DNA from: a virus
Lineage: Duplodnaviria; Caudoviricetes
IMG/VR virus record: IMGVR_UViG_3300036966_000119
Location: 64,001-128,000 of that record
Reading direction: 5' to 3' (one strand)
Length of the DNA: 64,000 nucleotides
The notes beneath the pieces are model-generated. The model was not told the origin of the DNA. It worked only from the letters and a program-made list of their open reading frames with translations, and did no database searches. The position numbers and the translations under genes were made by a program. Position 1 is the stretch's first letter; each line of letters opens with the position of its first letter. Shown here piece by piece: positions 47,601 to 58,500 of this stretch.

Positions 47601-48877
47601 GAGTTACGGATGAATATATGTTAGACGACGTAGATCTAATCCAGGAACTCAAAGAAATGAGAAGTGTTGTCGAATTCGGAGAAGATTCAGTTCCATCCGA
47701 AGAACAGATCAATCTGTACAAACGTATGTTGGCATATTCTGAATATAATGCGTCAGATCCATACAATATGTATTATCTGACACTATATGCATACAACATG
47801 ATTATGGGTGTTGAGATGCCTGACTCACCGTTCTCAGAATTCAGACAGGCTTGTTCTGATGATAGACCAACATTCCGTAGCTTCTTCACTGAATATGGAA
47901 TGATCATGAGTGAATATGGTATTCCTGAATGGTTTGCTGAACTCGATGATGTATTAACAACAATCATCAATCATGAAGAGCTTCCTCCAAACATTGTACC
48001 AATCACAGATCCATCGGCTCCGACATGGGTTCCGAACAAGTTCTATATGAAAAATGATATGGGTAAGTATATCCTGTTAACAGAAGAACCAGCTAACTGG
48101 GTAAACAACTATCTCAACTACTACGTTGACACAAATGAAGTTCTTGATTGGTATCTTATATACAATACATTCAGTGAATATCAAAATAATGTCAATAAGG
48201 CATTTGAACCAGTAAACATCAATGGTGGTATGACTGTACAGCTCGTACCATTTGTTGAATACTCATTAATGTTATCAGACAGATTTGAGAACTTTGTATC
48301 ATCATTCACTCAGATACATAAGGCTATTGAACCTGTCATATTCAAACGTCTTGAAGGAAACAACTACCTTGATTGCAAACTCATTGCAACATACGGTAGA
48401 CCACATTCGTATTCTTCTGATTTGAATGTAAATCTGAATCCTGATGATGAACGTGCTTACTGGCCTGATCTGAATATACAGATTGAATTTGATGTCAAAC
48501 TGTATAACCAGGCATTGGCAACAAATACAATCAATGAACTCAGATTGATTGTTAAGTCATACTTCAATAGACTTACATCCGTACATACACCAGTTGATGC
48601 AATATCAATGGATAACAATATCTACATTTCTCATGTAATTCAACAGATGGAAGCACATGACAATGTTGCATGGATGAAATTCAAAGGATGGTATACTAAT
48701 GAAAAGGGTCGTGCTGATGGTAACTATATGGATGCCAACACACAGGCAATTGTTCAGAAGTGGAAATCGTTTGAAGATATGCTCAAGGACAGAGAAGGAA
48801 AATCCGAACTTGAGAGATATACTCCTGAGATGTTTGTAATGGAAGACGATAATATCGTAATCAATATAATCAAGTAA
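44657..48877 (+). CDS. Baseplate wedge protein (T4 gp6-like)
   Basis: NEAFITKAVLPDSIY..A..LGY..ATPA, IYTCHG..AN, GGAD..E..R, LSTDHDL: gp6/baseplate-J-type motifs; 1406 aa. Confidence 0.75.
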   Translation: MADEILLNNYSDDSQIKKFMRDELAPRVFHDIPLNVLNTGFFSLVSEYISQITEQLGFTSSFYFNEAFITKAVLPDSIYAEAAIFNLGYSFATPASTNFLLELKIEDIYNNSVFNADNGLYEFVLDKNTKFNLPEGFVYSLDYDILIQYKDIATSSMDASIPAWNIQYINRNEANMCATNKNVYITYRVTDVWLCLLIQANEYEREVHTVVNNTTTGIPNEDTVIMCQNHIAGFDIKYIDSKGNAQYLQRDHILTIHDTIEDNAPYVNYIMDNPQTIRFMWQLSGSRFFVPEMNSSFEITIYTCHGKSANAPNYKNDQQPQVITAANTYSNNANVMKAAFVISGCVGGADIGTVETTRRETIEAYNTANVLSTDHDLDEWFKTFYFKNILYPFFFKRRDDPWGRIWSGYMALSDNDDYVYRTNTLHAHIPYEVLYNNNDNTVSSNEIIIPPGWIWVYIDDTTNHKHLYTVTPYTKADGKTIETVNTLASITDKFVFANPFGMRIQKDPFAIGYFNPWVNEYVTATKITRATSAVVDNNKEDISYIYHASPIITNIKRTYKDDHYTFTSYILPNIPGMNNGKKLVEYVRANAVAPYFDPQTWNYMKQPLDVYAESIPLMILTEEDGYIPFDPENTYLCVEQKDRIDDDKWRFGRVWIEEKISADEKRHIDIRPSADKMYLYGTNDIWGTNGACAPYSVAVSGDTDIDIFPSLTSEDLITFGRIPTQNYYEMRLAETAPRGTITKIVVGEATKTELTKYGESQLVKIGKSYSAAIYINVYYAVKDDETHTITEKQVTYTISNAANVYMPYMWSTEQSEPGKYVFEMDQLGSTSIILYADMKPSPESGAIAYYRMPFNLLPKNEPMLYVHSEQLPLALNNLRVIMHAIVNGSETGRVEMQPVSLESDGSYKFETTLYPLTELLDIDNRINMASMNNGGGSWQAVNGEVVSVDASDPQFKITILVRSDDANRDSEIEKGDSYTGFRVTDEYMLDDVDLIQELKEMRSVVEFGEDSVPSEEQINLYKRMLAYSEYNASDPYNMYYLTLYAYNMIMGVEMPDSPFSEFRQACSDDRPTFRSFFTEYGMIMSEYGIPEWFAELDDVLTTIINHEELPPNIVPITDPSAPTWVPNKFYMKNDMGKYILLTEEPANWVNNYLNYYVDTNEVLDWYLIYNTFSEYQNNVNKAFEPVNINGGMTVQLVPFVEYSLMLSDRFENFVSSFTQIHKAIEPVIFKRLEGNNYLDCKLIATYGRPHSYSSDLNVNLNPDDERAYWPDLNIQIEFDVKLYNQALATNTINELRLIVKSYFNRLTSVHTPVDAISMDNNIYISHVIQQMEAHDNVAWMKFKGWYTNEKGRADGNYMDANTQAIVQKWKSFEDMLKDREGKSELERYTPEMFVMEDDNIVINIIK

Positions 48878-48886
48878 TTATGAATT

Positions 48887-48914
48887 TATTACGGGGGCAA
48901 TTGCCCCCGTAATA
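48887..48914. terminator. Bidirectional terminator
   Basis: TATTACGGGGGCAATTGCCCCCGTAATA perfect palindrome between convergent genes. Confidence 0.85.
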
Positions 48915-48941
48915 TCTTCTATTTGTTCAACTGTCATTTTA

Positions 48942-49472
48942 TTAAGAATTTGATATAGTCGCTTTAACAGAAGTAACTCCACTCAAACGCAATATCGGTT
49001 CTGGTGTTTGACGCTTATGTTGGGTTGGTAATATATCGATAGAGATGGGATTTGCGACATCGAATCTACATATTCCAAATGTAAATTCATTTTTGGTATT
49101 GATGTGATCGTTTTCATATGCTTCAATAACAATATCGTTATCAATATCTAATCGGCATAATCCAAGTGTCATAGGTTGATCCATGGGATTCTCCGCTTCT
49201 ATCATATATGTCTGAATACCCCATGTCATATCAACATCAAATCTACACATACCCATTGTAAAAACATCTGATATATCCGTTTCTTCAGTAGTCATGGAAT
49301 CAACCGATGCTTTTACCGATGATATGCCCATTAGATGTAATGCGGGATTTACATAATACGGAGGGGTATATTCCCCGGAAACGTATACACCATAAACGGG
49401 GACAACTACGTCATCCCCGTGTATATTATGTGTCTTCTTTAATACTTCTTTAGAACGAAATACATTAGCCAT
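48942..49472 (-). CDS. Tail-fibre-associated hypothetical protein with three [FM]T[MLF]G[MLI]CR[FL]D repeats
   Basis: 176 aa; FTMGMCRFDV, MTLGLCRLDI, FTFGICRFDV. Confidence 0.65.
   Translation of the reverse strand: MANVFRSKEVLKKTHNIHGDDVVVPVYGVYVSGEYTPPYYVNPALHLMGISSVKASVDSMTTEETDISDVFTMGMCRFDVDMTWGIQTYMIEAENPMDQPMTLGLCRLDIDNDIVIEAYENDHINTKNEFTFGICRFDVANPISIDILPTQHKRQTPEPILRLSGVTSVKATISNS
49381..49472 (-). repeat. ~92-bp direct repeat, copy 1 (5' end of the 176-aa gene)
   Basis: About 90% identical to 52648-52739. Confidence 0.9.
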
Positions 49473-49487
49473 GTTATTTCACCCCAA

Positions 49488-52400
49488 TCAAGTATCACCA
49501 TTGATGATACGATTAAGATCATTTGTGACCTTCCATTCAATTGATGTACCCCAGAATCTGACAGGATTGTTCTTGGCATTGATAGTATTCGTAACACCAA
49601 TAGCTTTCATGGTAGTAAATGCTTCAATTGGTACATAGTAGATCTTATTGGAGTCTTCTGACCTGGATGAATATTGAGCAACAATAAGAACACCATCTTT
49701 GTATAGAATTTGCATTCCCGTAGAAGCGTAGCCGTAAATATGATAACTACCTGGGCAAAGTCTTTGTTGATATTGTGCATGCCAACGTGGACCATTATCC
49801 AATACTTCTCCAAGGTTTATACCTTGAACCCATCGATCATGTTTTGCAATCATCATTAATGATTTATTATTCTTACACATCTTTATCTGCACATCTCTCA
49901 GATTGGTATGCCAGCTCTTGTAACTATCATTCGGATTATCTTCAAACTGGTATGATGTGGTTGGGTCTTCAGCTTTTATGAAGAATGACTTATAATTATA
50001 ACCCCATCTACCGAATACCAAAGCATCATCGGTACCGATAATATCCTTTACACGCCATGCTTCTGTATATGTATACCATTGCTCTGTATTGGCCTTAAAG
50101 TCTTCTGTCAACTGCTGTAAGACATCATTTTTTATGTCATACATAAATACAGTTGAAACATTACCAGTTGTGAGTGCCTGAATGTAAACGAAATCTTTCC
50201 AACCAAATATACAACGAATTGTATATGTAGCTTGGTCGATAACGAATGTGCTATACAGTGAACAGTTGTCTGACATATCCAGTACCTTGAATACATAGTG
50301 TCCTGTCGAAGATTCATCGACGTCTTGGTATACACAGTATGGAGATTTATTAAGACCATACAGATGTGAACAACCAGCAATATGAGTCTGAGTCTCATTG
50401 TAGATATCAACAACAATACCCTCTGTACTTACATTACTATTTAAGACTTTTTGTACACATAAATATCCATCATCAACAAATGTAATCATGTTTACATTAC
50501 TTGATGAATCCGGGATTGGAGTGTCCCATATAAGAGATATATCAGATGAAGTTGGTGTATCATTGTAATCACCAACAGTCCATATTCTGAAGTAATTAGT
50601 TTGAGACCAATAACCAGATGTATTTTGCACAGCATTACCAGATGGATTACTGTATGGAGATGAACCACGGCACATTGTTCCTATGATACGATCACCATTT
50701 TTGGTTTTCCAACGATATATAGGATGCATCATTGTTTCATTATCAAACATCAATGGATACGATGCTTTCAATGTCTTGTTCTCAAGATCATAGTATACGA
50801 GATCGAAGTTAGTCATAAAATATTCATGTGTATCATCAGCAATAGACATAGCAAATGTATTTGAATAGTCTACCGATAGGTTACCAATAACATCCAGATT
50901 CTTTGGATCAACATTCATAGGACAACCATTAGCTGTTAATTCAAAAGGTTCTATATCAGGAATAACTCGATGAACTTTTCTGACTGTTCTATCATATACT
51001 GGATGCAAGATTCCGTTTCCGTTATCACTGGTAACATTTCCAGAGACGATGATGTAGTACCGCTTTGTTCTTAGAGCTTGTGGGACGTTAGAAAGGTTCG
51101 CAATCATTGTCCATTGGGAAGTATCCCAATATGCATCGGTCGCAGCAATAGTAATACCGGAATTATCAAATGCCAGTATTGGATAATTTGTGAATGCATT
51201 TACAAACACCCATGCGGTTATATCGATACCATTATAATTTATTGGTAACTTGAACCTGTTTGTCCAATGATTTTCATGGTATTTTGTACTTGTCGGATTA
51301 ACAAGATTTATTGGAACATCCCATTTCTTTGTATTGTAATTATACATCGTCAAAGAAGTTATGTCTATCTGCGAACATGGTAACGGACTAACGTAACGAC
51401 GATAATATTTGTCGCTATTTTTGCCGATGGACCAATCTATATCAAGGAGATTGTTATTGTTAATATCTACTCGTGTAGAATTATACGAATCTGGAAACGC
51501 ATCAGAAGGTTGATTGGTTGCTATGTTAATTGATTCAATGTTTCTTATTGAATCATATTGTGACCCAGCAGGTATATCATTATATGAGAATATTTCATAA
51601 CCTTCAAATTCTTTCGAATATGATGATGAAACAAGATTTCTATGATCGTTCGACCAAGTAAATGATTTACCGTAGAAAAATCCATGACAATACATGTATG
51701 GATCATCAATGAACATACTATGATCAACATCAGTCGATGCTTCACGTTTAATACTTCTACCAGAATCAGCAACCGTTCTGTCAGTTAGAACCGGCTTTAT
51801 TCTGATCCAGTCCCATGTACCAAGAGCTGGAATTTCTTGATTTCTCAATAAAGTAATATACAAATCATTTACAGAAAGATCCTTGTATAAACATGATGGT
51901 GTCATTAGTATATAAAGACCATTTGTATATGCATTATCTATGAGATCACTGCTTAATGTGAATATAAGATATGGTGTTATTGTCAAACGAGTATTCGGTT
52001 TCTTCTGAATTTTTGACAATTGACCTTGATCATCATAAACACGAGCATGAGTTCTCATGGAGAGATTAGACGCTGTTGAATCGGATGTACATAAACCAAA
52101 TTCGGTTATATCATACAACTGATTATTTCCATCTGTGTAATCCCAAATGAATCTGTTGGGAACATATGCTTGTGAAATAATATGGTTGGTTGAATCATAT
52201 TCAACATTCTTCCAACCCTTCTCTGACGAGCTCATGTTAGCATCGCTGGTTTTAATACCTAAAGCGGATATATAACCAGGCATTTTATTATTGGATGGAT
52301 CTATGGTATCTGGATCTGTAACAGCATAACCATTTCCAAGAGCCATTTTGTATCTAGATAATATATTGTCGTTGTTTGAGTATTCTGCTAAGATGTCTAC

Positions 52401-52553
52401 CATACCGTCATTGGTTGCATAGTTCTTACCAATCTTAACATCTATAATATTTCCGTCCATATCAGTTAATTCACATAAATAAAGATTTGAGAATTTCTTT
52501 ATTGGATTATTTGAAATGAACGTTTTGATCTTATCAGGGAGAGTATTACTCAT
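49488..52553 (-). CDS. Large tail/receptor-binding protein, paralog B
   Basis: DMDGNIIDVKIGKNYATNDG, ITEFGL, THARVYDDQG..IQKKP, ATDAYWD shared with 52741-55563; beta-propeller-like C-terminal half. Confidence 0.65.
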   Translation of the reverse strand: MSNTLPDKIKTFISNNPIKKFSNLYLCELTDMDGNIIDVKIGKNYATNDGMVDILAEYSNNDNILSRYKMALGNGYAVTDPDTIDPSNNKMPGYISALGIKTSDANMSSSEKGWKNVEYDSTNHIISQAYVPNRFIWDYTDGNNQLYDITEFGLCTSDSTASNLSMRTHARVYDDQGQLSKIQKKPNTRLTITPYLIFTLSSDLIDNAYTNGLYILMTPSCLYKDLSVNDLYITLLRNQEIPALGTWDWIRIKPVLTDRTVADSGRSIKREASTDVDHSMFIDDPYMYCHGFFYGKSFTWSNDHRNLVSSSYSKEFEGYEIFSYNDIPAGSQYDSIRNIESINIATNQPSDAFPDSYNSTRVDINNNNLLDIDWSIGKNSDKYYRRYVSPLPCSQIDITSLTMYNYNTKKWDVPINLVNPTSTKYHENHWTNRFKLPINYNGIDITAWVFVNAFTNYPILAFDNSGITIAATDAYWDTSQWTMIANLSNVPQALRTKRYYIIVSGNVTSDNGNGILHPVYDRTVRKVHRVIPDIEPFELTANGCPMNVDPKNLDVIGNLSVDYSNTFAMSIADDTHEYFMTNFDLVYYDLENKTLKASYPLMFDNETMMHPIYRWKTKNGDRIIGTMCRGSSPYSNPSGNAVQNTSGYWSQTNYFRIWTVGDYNDTPTSSDISLIWDTPIPDSSSNVNMITFVDDGYLCVQKVLNSNVSTEGIVVDIYNETQTHIAGCSHLYGLNKSPYCVYQDVDESSTGHYVFKVLDMSDNCSLYSTFVIDQATYTIRCIFGWKDFVYIQALTTGNVSTVFMYDIKNDVLQQLTEDFKANTEQWYTYTEAWRVKDIIGTDDALVFGRWGYNYKSFFIKAEDPTTSYQFEDNPNDSYKSWHTNLRDVQIKMCKNNKSLMMIAKHDRWVQGINLGEVLDNGPRWHAQYQQRLCPGSYHIYGYASTGMQILYKDGVLIVAQYSSRSEDSNKIYYVPIEAFTTMKAIGVTNTINAKNNPVRFWGTSIEWKVTNDLNRIINGDT

Positions 52554-52571
52554 ACTTATCACCTCTTTATT

Positions 52572-52739
52572 TTATTTAACAATCACGTGATTGTTGCTTT
52601 TACTGTTTCTATTGTACGTATCCAGGCTGTGTATGGCACGAATGTGAACGCATACACCATAAACGGGGACAATGTTGTTGTCCCCGTGTGTATTATGTGT
52701 CTTCTTTAATACTTCTTTAGAACGAAATACATTAGCCAT
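52572..52739 (-). pseudogene. Truncated duplicate of the 176-aa gene (first ~31 codons; repeat copy 2 at 52648-52739)
   Basis: MANVFRSKEVLKKTHNTHGDNNIVPVYGVCV, then unrelated sequence and a stop. Confidence 0.75.
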
Positions 52740-52740
52740 A

Positions 52741-55563
52741 TCACCAACTCCATCCGATGATAGTACCATTACCATCGGTTTGAGCCAATGGTTTTCCGGG
52801 TGGTATTCCTCTTGAGTTAGCAGTTCCGTCTCCGTATGAAGGTCTGTTGGTATAACGTAATAACCACTGCTTATTTGTAATATTTTTAATAGTAGTCATC
52901 GCAGTAGGTGTATCAGTCTTACCAACAATCTTTATCGGCATCCAGTTTGGTATAGGAGATTTAATCCACAGAGTCTGTGGACTTGTACCTGTAGCCTGTT
53001 CACACCATATGAAATTTTCACCATATGGAATGATTGCATTCAACGATTCCTGGAGGTAATAATGCTTCATGATTGTTGATGTTCTCAAATATTGACCAAA
53101 GTCTATTACTTGTATCTGAGCACCTACATTATTACCAGAAACATGATATCCTCTACAGATTGAAAGAACTATAGCACCACGAGTTGTATCACCTGATGTT
53201 GATTTGTATGTATATCTCAAATCGTAATTAACACGTGTTCCGAGATACTCATTATCAACATCAAAATCATTTAGACCCTGTGGCATTGTTGGATTATCCA
53301 TACGAATATAATGTGCTTTCTTAATATTACCCTTACCATATTCAGAGAATTTATATACGATGAATACATCATCAACAGATGTAAATCTTACATCACTGAG
53401 GCCAGAGTTGTATGGGATGTTATTTGTAAACGCTTCAGGAGTTCTACTTGAACCAGATGCAACGTTAACAACGAATGCATATGTTGAACCGTTTGTACAC
53501 CATACATAGTCTGAAACGCCATCAGAATGACCAAACATGAATGGTATATTTGATATTGTTGATGGGAATGGAATTGGTGAACCATCAACCGCACCAGTTG
53601 TGACATCATAGATGTACACCTTCTTGTCAGATGTACCAGCAGGAACATAAGCTACCTTATTAGTACCCCAAATACAACAAGACATCTTCCAGTCATGTTT
53701 ATGAGATACAAAGTTAGCACCACGTATATCAATGATAACACATTCTTCAACACCCGACTTAACTGATTGCATACAGATAATACCGGTACCGGATTCAGTT
53801 CTATAACATTCACTGTATGAATTAACAGTACCTGTGAATGGAAGTGTTTCTTCTGATGATGTTATAGTTGTTGGATCTTGACGACTTGTATCGGTTGCAA
53901 ATACTTTATTATTCACTGAATTGAACGTAATCAACCATTTTCCATATGTCATTGATTCAGTATTGGACGAGTCTCCTACTGTGTATACATACATAGATTC
54001 AGGGAAGTAAACTTTGTTTCCACGTAAGAACCATTTGTATGCATAGTTATCACAAGTATTTGCGATACCATATACGGTACCAAGACCACCATATGAAACG
54101 AATCCATTATCATCAGGAGTAGAACCGCCTGGTTCTAACAACTGGAATACGTCTGACTGACGTGTGAACTTTAAGTCGTTTGCTTTGACATTTGTTGATG
54201 TTATCCAGAAACGTTTCTGAGATGCTCCCTTAGAGGCAATATCATTGAAGTTATCAATGAATATCCATGTATCGAAATCCCAATAACTGTCGGTTGCATA
54301 TACTGACAATGAACCAACTGAGATTGAGAGTATGGGATCATCAGGACGTATATTCTGATAGAGATACGCAGTAATGATCTCTCTACCATTCCAGTAGTAT
54401 ATCGGAAGACCACATGTACTCTGTGCAGGTGTATCAGAATATAATCTATTATTTGGATTATAGACACTCATCTGAACATTCCATCCATCAGTCTTCCAGT
54501 CATACAGATAACCATTAGCTGTATTGAAATGTGTTATCGGAGGCCACTGATGTTTGTTGTAGTTAGCCGTATTTTCAGGAACCATACCAAACTTCTCAGA
54601 GAATCCAAGATGTTTGTAAGGTGTCTTTGACTGAAGATTGATAACATTCACTGCTTCAGGTGATGATAAGAATGCTGGTTCAAGAATACACATACCTGGT
54701 GTGTAATACAAGAAACCATCAATGTATCCTGAGTCATCTCCAGCACCATCGTACAATACAAATGAATTACAAATAGATGAATTTGTAAATACGTTTTCTT
54801 GTGTATTGTCGATTGTATGATAACCATCAGAATATGCATATGTCTGACGGTTGAATACTTTGTCATCACGTTTGTATGTGTATATGTTTGATTCAAACAT
54901 TCTGTGATACATGATTTGGTTGGTAGTAATCATAGTATATACATCATTAGCCCAACCGTTCTGAATCAGATGTTCATAGAATGATAAACACATATAAACT
55001 GTGATTATGAGTTTTTCATCCTGTTTCTTGACAATACTCGTACGAGTACCATCATCAGAATATATACGTGAATGTGTCCACAGATTATTCCATGCAGTAC
55101 CAATACCGTATTCTTCGATACGAGTATCTCCAGGGAAGTTATCGATATTCAAAGGATATTCGCATACCATGAATCTTGATATCAATGTAATTAAACCGTC
55201 ACCAGGCTCTGTTCCTGCGGCATAATACATTGGATATGCATAGTCCTTTGACGTGTCTGTGTTTGTAGCAGCAAGACCATTGAAGCAAACATTCTCAAGC
55301 TGTGTATCTTCTATTGTAACAGGAGTTGTACCCGAACCAACATAAAGCTTTACAGTACTTGATGCTTCAAATGCATTACCAAACTGATATACTGCTGAGA
55401 AACCAGTATTAGTCATTACATTCATACCATACTTCTCATCAGTAATATTTCCGTCTTTATCTACAGAGGTGAACACATAAATGTTTGATACTCCAGGATG
55501 GATCTTTTGTGAGTTCTTAACGAATTTCATTGCACGCATAAATATTTCGTCACGTTGGCTCAT
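52741..55563 (-). CDS. Large tail/receptor-binding protein, paralog A
   Basis: DKDGNITDEKYGMNVMTNTG, IEEYGIG, THSRIYSDDG..IVKKQ, ATDSYWD; GGAGGAGG RBS. Confidence 0.65.
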   Translation of the reverse strand: MSQRDEIFMRAMKFVKNSQKIHPGVSNIYVFTSVDKDGNITDEKYGMNVMTNTGFSAVYQFGNAFEASSTVKLYVGSGTTPVTIEDTQLENVCFNGLAATNTDTSKDYAYPMYYAAGTEPGDGLITLISRFMVCEYPLNIDNFPGDTRIEEYGIGTAWNNLWTHSRIYSDDGTRTSIVKKQDEKLIITVYMCLSFYEHLIQNGWANDVYTMITTNQIMYHRMFESNIYTYKRDDKVFNRQTYAYSDGYHTIDNTQENVFTNSSICNSFVLYDGAGDDSGYIDGFLYYTPGMCILEPAFLSSPEAVNVINLQSKTPYKHLGFSEKFGMVPENTANYNKHQWPPITHFNTANGYLYDWKTDGWNVQMSVYNPNNRLYSDTPAQSTCGLPIYYWNGREIITAYLYQNIRPDDPILSISVGSLSVYATDSYWDFDTWIFIDNFNDIASKGASQKRFWITSTNVKANDLKFTRQSDVFQLLEPGGSTPDDNGFVSYGGLGTVYGIANTCDNYAYKWFLRGNKVYFPESMYVYTVGDSSNTESMTYGKWLITFNSVNNKVFATDTSRQDPTTITSSEETLPFTGTVNSYSECYRTESGTGIICMQSVKSGVEECVIIDIRGANFVSHKHDWKMSCCIWGTNKVAYVPAGTSDKKVYIYDVTTGAVDGSPIPFPSTISNIPFMFGHSDGVSDYVWCTNGSTYAFVVNVASGSSRTPEAFTNNIPYNSGLSDVRFTSVDDVFIVYKFSEYGKGNIKKAHYIRMDNPTMPQGLNDFDVDNEYLGTRVNYDLRYTYKSTSGDTTRGAIVLSICRGYHVSGNNVGAQIQVIDFGQYLRTSTIMKHYYLQESLNAIIPYGENFIWCEQATGTSPQTLWIKSPIPNWMPIKIVGKTDTPTAMTTIKNITNKQWLLRYTNRPSYGDGTANSRGIPPGKPLAQTDGNGTIIGWSW

Positions 55564-58500
55564 CTTCATCCTCCTCCTCTTTATTTGTAACAAGTCTAAC
55601 CGATATTATCTTATCATATTCCGTTTTATCAACATCGAATTTTGTTATATGCTCTGCATCAGAATATGGGATTAACGGATAGGTTATATCACCGACATGT
55701 ACGACCATATATGAATCACGGAATTCAACAAATCTTTCATCATATGTAAATCTTTCTTCATACTCTGCATTTGTTATAATAACAAACTGATCGTATTTGT
55801 AACCCAGATTATATTTAGCATAATCAGTGAAGTTAGCAACATACAATTTGAAGTTAGCAGCAAAGAAAAATCCTTTAAATGTGAAAGGTCTATAGAGATT
55901 GCTACTGGAGTCCCAATAGTTCATTGTTAGACCCATTGCAGTAACAGTAAATCTATCGGATTTAATGTCATATATGTATAATGTCGGTGAGTTTGTAATT
56001 GTTATGTACAATGCACCATTCTCACAGTCTATTGTACGTGGAATAAGTGATTGATATGGTGTTGGTACAGTTCGCATTGCAAATGGTGTGCCATCGTCAA
56101 CTGTCGCAGCCATTGTATCTTCATTAATAATGTAGATGTAGTTCTGCTGAGTTATATAGAATTTACCATCAGCATAACAGCAACAGTTTCGTGCTTTTAA
56201 TGTCCATTGACCAAATGTATCTTTAAAAGAATACCATGTATCTGTTGACATATCATATACCCAAGCAGTTTGTGAATTACCGTTGTACAGCGTTAATATA
56301 AAACGTTTACCAACGGCAAAATCTGCACATATCTCATTCATTGAAGGTGAACGATGTTGGGTCCATCTTTGACGTATGGTATCATAGAAATAGAATCCAT
56401 GATTATAGTTGATAACAAATGTATGGTCATCAAGCCAAACCATCTTACCATAAGCAGTAAAGTTTTCGTCTGAACCAGGACTCAATGGCTGAATAGTATC
56501 ATCATTTGGCTCCACAGGAACTCTCCAAATTGTTTTACCGAAGCTTTGATTAGATGCTGCGATATATAAATAATCGTCATCAGCAAGTAATCCTCCATAG
56601 TATACACTGGAACCACCCATAGATGATTTTGGTATATCTTTCACTATTGATATCTGGTTTGTGAGTAAGTTTAACTTTGTGAATCTAACGATTCTATTGT
56701 TGCATAATGTAGCACAATAGATCATTCTGTTATGTTCACAACATACACCTGACTCAATAGAAGTAATTGCTTCTTGACCAGCATCGATGTAACCACCGAT
56801 ATATGATCTATTGTTAGATGGAACCTTTGTGGATGAACCGACAGGAAGAAGATCAATATGTTCTATCGTCTTTTCTTTCTTTTCATGTTCATGATAAGAT
56901 ATCTCACCTTGAGTTTGTGCAGTTATCGAATACAACTTTGGTTCGAAGTTTGGTATATCGTTCAACTTTGCTTTTATCGTAAATTCGATACGAGCATTTT
57001 CAGCAACACCCTTACGAACACCTGATACTTCAAAGTCGGTTGTTTCTGTATCGATATCAGCATCGATTATTATTTTCTTTAACAAGTTTGGTGTGTATTC
57101 AACAACATTGATTTCTTGTTCTTTTGGAAGAACTTTGAATATCACATTAGTGAATCCTGTACTTTGTGGGTCATATACATAAACTGTATAATTATTCAAT
57201 AAACCAGCATCGGAATAAAATCTTGATGCACCGTATTGAATGAAATCCTCTTCAGTCGGATCTCCGTCAGATAAGAAAGTCCATGTTTCGGTTGTCTTAT
57301 CAAAATACTTAAGACCCTCGTCATCTTTACACATAAAGCTCATGTAGTTTACGGAGGAAACAAGTATCTCTGCTTTGGCGATACCATAATAATGGTTTAC
57401 ATCGTTTGCAGCCATGTATGTATCTGACAAGTAGTATTCTGATCCTAATGCATAACCAGTGGGTTTATACGATTCTGCAGTGAGAACATATCCAGAACCG
57501 CCACATCCTCCTGCATCATCATCAGCATGAGAGTCAGGAATGCATCCAGAACCACCGAACCAACCAGAACCTCCAGCACCACCGAAACCGTTGTTTTCAG
57601 CAACACCGGAACCACCATATCCAAATCCACCACCAACACGTGTGTTATTAGGTGATTCAGTTTGTGTACCAGGTCCTGGAACGGTACCAACTATTGAATT
57701 GCTCCAAAGACCATTCGTACCACCACCAGCACCGCCGAAACGATTACCGGATTTTTCAGCAGAACCATGTCCTCCAGCACCACCGGCGACAATAAGTCTG
57801 TGATTCAGAGTGTCTTGTACTATACGAATATCGGTAGCACCACCACCGAATGTTGAACGATAGTCATTTGGATCACCTGCAGCACCACCACCATTGAATG
57901 CAAGTGCTGGATTTATTAACAGTGCTTGATCGTAGTCATATGAGTATCTGATACCGGATCCACCAACTCTTACGAATATTGGCGTACCCCCCTCAAGAAT
58001 CAATGATCCCTCAGAATAACCACCACGAGCGACGTTGGATATTGTGTAACGAGTACCACCATCACCACCGGTACATTTAAATGTATATTCACCAACAGGA
58101 AGTTCGATGTTCTCCATCCAACCTACTAATGGGAATATGAGTTTGTCTCCAGCTTCAATTGTAAGTGTTTCTTTACAGATAATGATTCCAGCTTGTTCAG
58201 CAGTACCACCCATCATACAGATGTCTGTAAATAATACATCTGGATCGACTACATAGTCTTGTGGTTTATATGATGAAGATGTTACAACATAACCAGAACC
58301 ACCACCACCAGCGGTAGTGTTTCTTTCTTGGGTTCGTTCAGTGGAATAACCACCAAACCAACCTCCGCCTCCACCACCAGAACCTTCGGCATTATATGAC
58401 ATAATGGTTGTCTTATCAGGTGGAGTCATTCCAACACCGAATGAATATCCGGATGTTTGATCAGCACACATATCGTAGTATTGGTCGGTATCGTAACAAC

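Noticed and set aside
49381-52739. Diversity-generating retroelement TR/VR pair (copy 2 has AAC AAC codons)
   Set aside because: Mismatches include C>T, C>A and G>A rather than adenine-only changes, the repeat is at a gene 5' end, and there is no reverse transcriptase in the window.
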